Shown piece by piece: positions 8,523-15,065 of a stretch of DNA of 32,000 nucleotides. Made by a program: the position numbers and the translations under genes. This stretch comes from Pyrodictium abyssi. Lineage in GTDB: Archaea; Thermoproteota; Thermoprotei_A; Sulfolobales; Pyrodictiaceae. Each line of letters opens with the position of its first letter. Within the stretch, counting starts at the first letter, position 1. The notes under the pieces are model-generated. The model saw only the letters and a list, made by a program, of their open reading frames with translations. It ran no database searches and had not been told where the DNA came from. Location of the stretch: contig NZ_AP028907.1 in assembly GCF_036323395.1 (NCBI RefSeq), positions 840,001 to 872,000 of the forward strand. The letters are read 5' to 3'.

Positions 8523-10238
8523 ATGCCTAGGCCGCGTCGCGTGCTCATCTTAGATGGTTATACCGATGAGCCAGCAGGCTTTGGCGTACCACCATACATA
8601 GATGTTTATCCTAGATATATAGCTGGTGCCTTGTGGTACGTGGACAAGTCGATACAAGTACACTACATGACTGTGGACCAGGCAAGGGAGAACATAGGAG
8701 ACTTCATAAGGAGAGCCAATACCTACGATACCGTGATAGTGATAGCCGGCGCTGTAGTCCCAGGAAGGTATCTAGGAGGTGAACCCATAAAACTTGAAGA
8801 GCTAAGGCAGTGGTTCAGGCTTATAGACCGGCCTTTTAAGGTGCTAGTAGGTGCGGCTGCACGCTGGGGCATTGGCAACGAAGGCGGCACTGTAGCAGCT
8901 CTACCGAGAGAGGTTAAGGAGAGCTTCGACACCATAGTGACTGGCGACCCCGAGGCCTATGTGTTAGACTTTGCGCGTTTCGGTCCAGAGAGAGCCGAGC
9001 CCTGGCGCATACTTGACGACATGAAGCTACTTGGAGAGATATCCGTTAAGGGCGCCAGGATAGTTGAACAGCACCCCAACCACGGCTACAACCTCACGGC
9101 GGAAATAGAGACCTACAGGAGCTGCAGCAGATGGGTGAGTGGCGGCTGCAGTTTCTGCGTTACTAAGCTCTACGGTAGACCAAGGCAGCGCGATCCGCGA
9201 GACGTAGTTAGGGAGATAGAAGCACTTTACGTGGCTGGTGTACGCCATTTCAGAATAGGCAGACAGGCCGACATACTGGTCTATGGAAGCCCATCGCTCG
9301 GACAGGATGAATGGCCTCGGCCTAATCCTCGTGCACTCGAGCAACTGTTCTACGGTATCAGGCTTGTAGCACCCGGGTTGAAGACTCTTCATATAGACAA
9401 CGTTAACCCGGGAACCCTGGCTAGACATAAAAGAGAGAGTATAGAGGCTCTAAAGGTGATAATAAGATACCATACCCCTGGCGACGTTGCTGCACTAGGA
9501 ATAGAGACCGCCGACCCCCGAGTCGTGAAGGCTAATAACCTTAAGACTTTTCCAGAGGACTCCCTCAAGGCTATAGAGATCATCAACCGTTATGGTAGCC
9601 AGCCAGGTTATAACGGTCTTCCAGAGCTTCTGCCCGGCATAAACTTCGTACTAGGTCTTAAGAACGAGACAGCAGAGACATATAGACTTAACGAAGAATT
9701 TATAAGGACTATATATGAGCGGGGACTGCTGCTACGCCGCATCAACGTTAGAAAGGTGCTGGTGCTACCAGGAACGGCTATGGCTAGTGTTGGTACCAGG
9801 ATTATACAGAAACATAGGAACCTCGCCAAGAGGTTTCAGCGTATAGTGAACGAGTATTCAAGGCTCTTTCTAGAGCGGCTGCTCCCACGGGGTTCTATCC
9901 TAAGCTACGTTTATGTGGAGCGCTATGATGCAAAGCTTGGCGTGACTTTCGCCAGGCAGGCAGGAAGTTACCCAATAGTAGTCGAAATGCCGTGTAAAAT
10001 GAGCACACCGGGTGTAGTCAAGGTTGCTGTATACGGCTACTCTAGTAGAAGTGTTAGAGGACTGCCAATACCCCTTAACGCTAATGCCGCGGCCGTGTCT
10101 ACACTAGCCAAGCTCCTAGGCAAGAATAGAGCTACCGAGATAGCTAGGCTTAGACCATTTAGGCACGATAGTGAACTACACAAGGTATTGACCCGGAAGG
10201 AGAGAATATACCTATCGTCGAAAGGCTTTACCTGCTAG
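8523..10238 (+). CDS. radical-SAM protein with Rossmann-like N-domain and C-terminal helix-hairpin-helix (COG1031-type), function unknown
   Basis: 571 aa. The N-terminus is RVLILDGYTDEPAGFGVPPYIDVYPRYIAGAL. The Cys triad is CSRWVSGGCSFC. The C-terminal AAAVSTLAKLLGKNRATEIARLRPF is HhH-like. Confidence 0.75.
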   Translation: MPRPRRVLILDGYTDEPAGFGVPPYIDVYPRYIAGALWYVDKSIQVHYMTVDQARENIGDFIRRANTYDTVIVIAGAVVPGRYLGGEPIKLEELRQWFRLIDRPFKVLVGAAARWGIGNEGGTVAALPREVKESFDTIVTGDPEAYVLDFARFGPERAEPWRILDDMKLLGEISVKGARIVEQHPNHGYNLTAEIETYRSCSRWVSGGCSFCVTKLYGRPRQRDPRDVVREIEALYVAGVRHFRIGRQADILVYGSPSLGQDEWPRPNPRALEQLFYGIRLVAPGLKTLHIDNVNPGTLARHKRESIEALKVIIRYHTPGDVAALGIETADPRVVKANNLKTFPEDSLKAIEIINRYGSQPGYNGLPELLPGINFVLGLKNETAETYRLNEEFIRTIYERGLLLRRINVRKVLVLPGTAMASVGTRIIQKHRNLAKRFQRIVNEYSRLFLERLLPRGSILSYVYVERYDAKLGVTFARQAGSYPIVVEMPCKMSTPGVVKVAVYGYSSRSVRGLPIPLNANAAAVSTLAKLLGKNRATEIARLRPFRHDSELHKVLTRKERIYLSSKGFTC

Positions 10239-10290
10239 TGGACCCAGGTATTGTGGCCCATACCACTGGCTGAGCTTACGCGACCAGCCG

Positions 10291-10298
10291 TTTTTATA
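10291..10298 (+). promoter_or_regulatory. TATA-box-like element upstream of the Tes-like gene
   Basis: TTTTTATA lies 53-60 nt upstream of ATG 10351. Confidence 0.3.
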
Positions 10299-10350
10299 CA
10301 GCAGCTAATAGCTAATTATCTGAGGACGGGAATGTACTGGGTGCTGCACT

Positions 10351-12177
10351 ATGGCGCTGGCAACGACGACCCGTAGAGCCGGGGACAGGGAAGCGGAGAC
10401 TAAGACACTTGACGCGCCTGCAGCCTACGATGCTAGGACGAAGACGGTTACAGTGGCTGAGAAGCGTATACCAGTAGGTGGACCGGTACCGAAGCTACGT
10501 GACGGAGAAAAGTTCGTATCCTATACTACTAGCATTTGCCCGTATTGTACGAGGCTACTCCCGGCACTAATCTACGAGAAAGATGGGAGCATATACATAA
10601 GGAAGATTTGCCCAACACACGGGACAATAGAGGAGCTCTACTTCAGCGACGCAAAACAGTTCTACAGATTCATGAATCTTGAAGAAGAGGGCGTCGGGGT
10701 AACCCCTCACGTCAAGCTATCAGCACCATGCCCGTTCAATTGTGGACTATGCCCACGCCACAAGAATCATACAGCACTCGCCAACCTAGTTGTAACTAAC
10801 CGCTGCGACCTCTCATGCTGGTACTGCTTCTTCTATGCAGAAAAAATGGGATACGTCTATGAGCCAACGCTTGAGCAGATACGTGAGATGATACGCCAGT
10901 ACAAGAAGGAAGGAGTAACTATGTCCGTACAGATAACCGGCGGCGAACCAACACTACGACCCGACCTCATCGAGATAATAAAGCTGCTAAAAGACGAAGG
11001 CGTTACTCATATACAGCTAAACACCCATGGAATAACCTTTGCCAGACTATGGTTCGAGAAGGGCATTGACGCTGCTGTAAACTACGCCAGAGCACTCCGC
11101 GAAGCTGGGCTTAACACCGTGTACATGAGCTTCGACGGAGTAACCCCCAGAGCCAATCCGAAGAACCACTGGGAGGTACCATACACGCTTGAAGTATTTA
11201 GGAAGGCTGGTATTACAAGCGTTGTACTAGTACCGACAGTAATAAAGACCATTAATGACCAGGAACTAGGTGCTATAATAAAGTTCGCTGCCAAACACAT
11301 GGATGTCATACGCGGCGTAAACTTCCAGCCTGTCAGCCTCACCGGCCGCATGAGGAAGGATGAGCGGCGCCGCTACAGGGTAACCATACCCGACGTCCTA
11401 AAGTGGGTCGAGGAGCAGACAGACGGCCAGATACCGGCTGATTCCTGGTTCCCTATACCCGTCGCGGCAAAGGTAGCATACTTCCTCGAGGCTATGAGCG
11501 GCGAACTCAAGGTATGTATGGGCAATCATCCTGCATGCGGCTCAGCCACGTACGTGTTTGTCGAGAGAGGCAGCGATGGCCTACCTAAGCGCTTCATACC
11601 GATAACAGAGTTCTTCGACGTTGAGGGCTTCGTCGAGTACATCGAAGAGAAGACTGCCGAGCTCAGAAGGGAAGAGTTCACCTCTATAGCTAAGTTTAAG
11701 CGTGCACTACGCCTCGCATCAATAGTCAAAGACATCTCAAAGTTCGTTGACAGGGAGCGTATACCGAAGAACCTCAACATAACAAAGCTGCTAGTAAACG
11801 TGTTCGTTAAGAGGAGCTACGACGCGCTAGGAGAGCTTCACTATAGGATGCTCTTCCTAGGCAACATGCACTTCATGGACCAGTACAACTATGATGTCGA
11901 GCGCGTGATGCGTTGCAATATACATTATCTAGTACCCGATGGCAGGGTAATACCGTTCTGTACGTATAACGTCCTAAACGAGATCTATAGAGACTATGTA
12001 CTGCGCAAGTACCAGATACCGCTAGACGAGTATGCTAAGATACATGGCGAGGACGCCATAGGTCCTGCCGTAAAGTATGTACGTAATATAAAGCTGCTAA
12101 AGAGCTCGCCAATATACTATGAAGCGTATCGCGGCATTGTACCAGACGAGATACTTTACGGCAAGAGGTCTAACTAA
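10351..12177 (+). CDS. Tes/GDGT-MAS-like tetraether lipid synthase (MJ0619-class radical SAM)
   Basis: 608 aa. The N-terminal CPYC...CPTHG is a rubredoxin-like site. CPFNCGLCPRHKNH is an auxiliary-cluster motif. NRCDLSCWYC is the radical-SAM triad, followed by ITGGEPTLRPD. Assignment is by recalled family architecture. The first ~50 aa are low-complexity, so the real start may lie downstream. Confidence 0.65.
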   Translation: MALATTTRRAGDREAETKTLDAPAAYDARTKTVTVAEKRIPVGGPVPKLRDGEKFVSYTTSICPYCTRLLPALIYEKDGSIYIRKICPTHGTIEELYFSDAKQFYRFMNLEEEGVGVTPHVKLSAPCPFNCGLCPRHKNHTALANLVVTNRCDLSCWYCFFYAEKMGYVYEPTLEQIREMIRQYKKEGVTMSVQITGGEPTLRPDLIEIIKLLKDEGVTHIQLNTHGITFARLWFEKGIDAAVNYARALREAGLNTVYMSFDGVTPRANPKNHWEVPYTLEVFRKAGITSVVLVPTVIKTINDQELGAIIKFAAKHMDVIRGVNFQPVSLTGRMRKDERRRYRVTIPDVLKWVEEQTDGQIPADSWFPIPVAAKVAYFLEAMSGELKVCMGNHPACGSATYVFVERGSDGLPKRFIPITEFFDVEGFVEYIEEKTAELRREEFTSIAKFKRALRLASIVKDISKFVDRERIPKNLNITKLLVNVFVKRSYDALGELHYRMLFLGNMHFMDQYNYDVERVMRCNIHYLVPDGRVIPFCTYNVLNEIYRDYVLRKYQIPLDEYAKIHGEDAIGPAVKYVRNIKLLKSSPIYYEAYRGIVPDEILYGKRSN

Positions 12178-12184
12178 CACTATA

Positions 12185-12189
12185 TTTTT
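12185..12189 (+). terminator. oligo-T tract downstream of the Tes-like gene
   Basis: TTTTT begins 8 nt after the TAA stop, between convergent genes. Archaeal termination commonly uses T-runs. Confidence 0.3.
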
Positions 12190-12206
12190 GGGTAACTAGG
12201 TATAGT

Positions 12207-12953
12207 TTATTGGAGGCTGAATAGTTTTTCTAGATTGTGCATAACTTGGCGCTGTACAAGGTGCTGGTCAACATTCTTTATAGATGCTATGATTTTCACA
12301 ACTTCTTTTACCATTAGCGGGTTTAGCTTCATTCCACGATACTCGTAGGGTCCATCACTTTCTGTTAACATTATAGTAATAGGTGCATTCTCAACAACTG
12401 CTCTATGCTTGCGCTGTATCTTTACAGCTGGATTTATTGATATCATGTATCCTGATGCTTCTATATCTTTCAGCAGGTAGAGTGGCCCAGTATACCAGTG
12501 GAACATAGCCCGTTCTATGTCGTATCGAACTAGTAGCTGGTATACCTCCTCCCATGTGCCAGCTGTGTGTAGGTTAAGCACTAGTTTGTTATCTCTTGCA
12601 GCTTCAAGAAACAGTTTGAATATCTCACGCTGAAGTTCTATGGTTTCTGCCACGAATTTTGTGTCAAGGCCTACCTCGCCTATACACCTAATATTGTTCT
12701 CAAGCGCTAGCTCGATAATCTTCTTGGCAGTGCTTAGACTTTCCTCCCGGCTCTTTACGTGCCATGGGTGAAGGCCGACGCATGGTACTATGTTTCTCCT
12801 AGTCTTTGCTATCTCTGTGACCCTGCTGCTTGTCTCAAGGTCGTCTCCAACTGCTACAATAACTATGCTATGCGATGCTAGCGTGTTTATCTCTTCAATA
12901 CTATACTCGTGGAGGTGGCAGTGAGCGTCCACGAAGTAGTCGTTGCCCGGCAT
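12207..12953 (-). CDS. TatD-family metal-dependent hydrolase/DNase
   Basis: DAHCHLHE, GEVGLD, LNLHTAG, FHWYTG and ESDGP follow the TatD metal-ligand pattern. The gene is markedly AT-richer than its neighbours. Confidence 0.85.
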   Translation of the reverse strand: MPGNDYFVDAHCHLHEYSIEEINTLASHSIVIVAVGDDLETSSRVTEIAKTRRNIVPCVGLHPWHVKSREESLSTAKKIIELALENNIRCIGEVGLDTKFVAETIELQREIFKLFLEAARDNKLVLNLHTAGTWEEVYQLLVRYDIERAMFHWYTGPLYLLKDIEASGYMISINPAVKIQRKHRAVVENAPITIMLTESDGPYEYRGMKLNPLMVKEVVKIIASIKNVDQHLVQRQVMHNLEKLFSLQ

Positions 12954-12981
12954 ACTATCCCCCGCTCACTAGCTGTTATCC

Positions 12982-12997
12982 TTGCATTTAAATGCAA
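12982..12997. promoter_or_regulatory. perfect 16-nt palindrome containing a TATA-like core (TTGCATTTAAATGCAA)
   Basis: It is centred about 39 nt upstream of the TatD ATG (12953, minus strand). Its symmetry would allow use in either direction. Confidence 0.35.
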
Positions 12998-13033
12998 GAA
13001 CCTGGCTCAGATCCTTGTACTCCATGCCAGGGC

Positions 13034-13040
13034 TAATATA
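13034..13040 (+). promoter_or_regulatory. TATA-box-like element for the C/D sRNA candidate
   Basis: TAATATA lies 26-32 nt upstream of the sRNA 5' stem at 13066, the expected archaeal TATA-to-TSS spacing. Confidence 0.4.
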
Positions 13041-13065
13041 GGGGCTGCGATGGTGCACTGCTGTT

Positions 13066-13132
13066 GGGGCCGTGACGATCATCCCGAACCCAGAGGCTCT
13101 GCCGATGACCATGTGGCGGCTGGCTGAGCCCC
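13066..13132 (+). ncRNA. box C/D sRNA candidate; D guide complementary to the 16S rRNA 530-loop consensus
   Basis: Layout: GGGGC stem (13066-70), C box GUGACGA (13072-78), 12 nt, D' CAGA (13091-94), 7 nt, C' CCGAUGA (13102-08), 15 nt, D CUGA (13124-27), GCCCC stem (13128-32). The 12 nt next to D (UGUGGCGGCUGG) pair with archaeal 16S YCAGCCGCCGCG, using 2 G-U pairs. Confidence 0.55.
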
Positions 13133-13199
13133 TCAGCCCGTAAAAGACTCATCACGCGACGGCTGTCAGCTTAGGCGGCCTTACGCATCACCGGGCTAG

Positions 13200-13895
13200 C
13201 TAAAGCTCCATAACTACTATGTCGCCGCGAGCAGGGAACGCCACGTTGACTATACGTGTCCCGTTAATCATCGCCTCTAGCCGTTTCGATCTATGGACAT
13301 GACCGTGAACAGCTATGTCCGGCTTAGTATCTAAGAGTATCTTTTCCATTGTTTTGCTCCCAAGCTCTGGCCATATCTTCGGGTTCTCGCCTTCAAGCGT
13401 AAGGTATGATGGAGCGTAGTGTGTTACGAGAACCACTACGTCGGCTTTTTCGCGTAGCTGCTTAAGCATAGCTGCAGTCTTTTCCGCCCTACGTTTGTAT
13501 ACAGCATCTATCCCTGGTATGTTCCTGCGCTGCCATCTTGTAGGCCTATCAAGCACACCTCTGCTCCCATATATCGCTATTGATTTGACTTTCCCGTCCA
13601 CCACTATATAGCTGTCATTCAGCCAGACCACGTGGGGATAACGCTTAATGAAGTATGTTTCACGGTCCATGTACTCCTCGTTGCCGAATACTGACACTAT
13701 ACGTGCCGAGGGACACTTTTTACGCGTAGCCTCTACTACGGGGAGTAGAGCCTCAACTCGTCCACGCTCAACCATATCCCCTGCCCACAGAACCACGCCA
13801 GCCTCACGACACAACTCCGAATGCTTGCTAAGCGCTGCAACATACTGGAATAAGTAGCGTGGACTATGCACATCACTTGTAGCTACTACAATCAA
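13200..13895 (-). CDS. calcineurin-like metallophosphoesterase
   Basis: SDVHSP, GDMVERG, GNEEY, THYAP and GHVH appear in the canonical order of the metallophosphoesterase motifs. Confidence 0.85.
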   Translation of the reverse strand: MIVVATSDVHSPRYLFQYVAALSKHSELCREAGVVLWAGDMVERGRVEALLPVVEATRKKCPSARIVSVFGNEEYMDRETYFIKRYPHVVWLNDSYIVVDGKVKSIAIYGSRGVLDRPTRWQRRNIPGIDAVYKRRAEKTAAMLKQLREKADVVVLVTHYAPSYLTLEGENPKIWPELGSKTMEKILLDTKPDIAVHGHVHRSKRLEAMINGTRIVNVAFPARGDIVVMEL

Positions 13896-13961
13896 TTCGT
13901 GCAGCCCTCCAAGCAGCTACACAGAAGGCGACAATTGCCCGTTTCAGCGTAAGAGAGGAGG

Positions 13962-13978
13962 CGCGGTGAATACGTCCC
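13962..13978 (+). other. 17-nt segment identical to a universally conserved 16S rRNA stretch (CGCGGTGAATACGTCCC), in intergenic DNA
   Basis: Read directly and compared with the recalled archaeal 16S consensus ...CCGCGGTGAATACGTCCCTGC.... It is followed by an 8-bp inverted repeat GGCCCTGT (13979-86) / ACAGGGCC (14017-24). Confidence 0.4.
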
Positions 13979-14050
13979 GGCCCTGTTCATCCTAGTAGCC
14001 CCCGCACGGAGCTGTCACAGGGCCACGTTACTCAATGTGTAAGGGCAGAC

Positions 14051-14059
14051 TTTATAAAA
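14051..14059. promoter_or_regulatory. strong TATA-like element TTTATAAAA in a 467-bp intergenic region (orientation ambiguous)
   Basis: Near-palindromic AT-rich 9-mer. On the minus strand it lies about 155 nt upstream of the phosphoesterase start. On the plus strand it lies about 310 nt upstream of ORF 14363. Confidence 0.3.
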
Positions 14060-14086
14060 GCATTAAGCAAGGCGCGTGCCAGCGGA

Positions 14087-14155
14087 GGGTCAGTAGCGTT
14101 CCGGCACTCATCATCTAGGGTCTTGTGATCAGCGACCCTCTTACACATCACACCC
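14087..14155 (-). ncRNA. box C/D sRNA candidate (minus strand)
   Basis: Minus-strand layout: GGG, U, C box GUGAUGU, 12 nt, D' CUGA, 14 nt, C' AUGAUGA, 14 nt, D CUGA, CCC. Caveats: guide 1 pairs with the linker (AGGGUC/GACCCU), and no well-placed TATA was found. Confidence 0.3.
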
Positions 14156-14261
14156 ACTATACCTCTGGCCATTTGTGCAAGCTGTTAAGCCTGGCCCAGA
14201 GCCCGCCTAGGCTGGCTAGACTTCATAAAGGAGTGCCCCGGTACTCTTTTTGCCAACATAG

Positions 14262-14335
14262 CTGGAGGATGAGGAGCTGAGGTCCGAGCCTCCGCATAAA
14301 GGGCTATGAGGAGGCTGAGCTACGCTGAACCCACC
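14262..14335 (+). ncRNA. box C/D-like sRNA candidate with tRNA-complementary D guide
   Basis: There are two AUGAGGA boxes (14269-75, 14306-12). The second is followed by exactly 12 nt (GGCUGAGCUACG) and CUGA (14325-28). The guide is the reverse complement of CGUAGCUCAGCC, a common archaeal tRNA 5' segment. The D' box is poor. A TATA-like TTCATAAAG lies about 36 nt upstream. Confidence 0.3.
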
Positions 14336-14362
14336 CTCTAGCATGCTTCGGGGTTACCTGGA

Positions 14363-14974
14363 ATGACGTCGAAGCTTCTTACTGGGCTGGGACGCAGTTT
14401 CCGAGTCTACGTAAAGCCGCCGCTTCAGCGCATTTCTATAGGCCTTGGGCTTCTCGCCGCAAAAAATACGGGCAGTACAATATACGCCGCCAGTCCTATT
14501 CGGCAGATAGTGTCCCTTGCCATAGATTCTCTGGGCCTAGAGATAGACGTTAGGAGCTGCGACGACGCAGAAGCAGAGGGTGTGTTTCTATGGTGCACTC
14601 CTAGCAGTAGACCTCTCTTTGTCGCTGGTCCGGAGATACGCCGTCCCTCCAAGTATGGCTTAGAGCGTATGACTGTCAAGCGCGTCCACGACGACGTCTA
14701 CATGCTCGCCATCCCGCGGATCGGGCTGCGCGAATACGTTACACTTAACAACTACCTGCCCGTGCCAGCTGAGCCGCCTTGCAGAAAGGACGTCATGGAG
14801 GCTATCGCTGTTATTGCAGAAGAGAGCCCGGTTAATCTAAGAGATGTAGTCGATATTGTGGCTTCCACATTGGGCGTGAAGCGCGGGGAAGCCAGGAGAC
14901 TTGTGCTTAAGCTTGTAGATAGAGGCTGCCTCGAGGTAAACGCCGACGGCATGGTAAAAATAGCAGAGTATTAG
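14363..14974 (+). CDS. hypothetical protein with probable C-terminal winged-helix domain
   Basis: 203-aa ORF. The C-terminal VNLRDVVDIVASTLGVKRGEARRLVLKLVDRGCLEV looks wHTH-like. No family recognised. Confidence 0.5.
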   Translation: MTSKLLTGLGRSFRVYVKPPLQRISIGLGLLAAKNTGSTIYAASPIRQIVSLAIDSLGLEIDVRSCDDAEAEGVFLWCTPSSRPLFVAGPEIRRPSKYGLERMTVKRVHDDVYMLAIPRIGLREYVTLNNYLPVPAEPPCRKDVMEAIAVIAEESPVNLRDVVDIVASTLGVKRGEARRLVLKLVDRGCLEVNADGMVKIAEY

Positions 14975-14992
14975 GGGCTGGTCTTCAGCCCC
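14974..14992. terminator. GC hairpin between convergent genes (GGGGCTG-GTCTT-CAGCCCC)
   Basis: A 7-bp perfect stem starts at the last base of the TAG stop of ORF 14363-14974. Confidence 0.3.
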
Positions 14993-15065
14993 TACTCTCC
15001 ACCCTACCGGCTAAGACAGCCAGTGGCCCGAACGGCCTTCTGAAAAGCACGACGCCCTGTGAATT

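Noticed and set aside
12909-13127. 72-aa plus-strand ORF in the TatD/phosphoesterase spacer
   Set aside because: It has poor composition, overlaps the TatD 5' end, and is better explained by the TATA elements and the C/D sRNA candidate.
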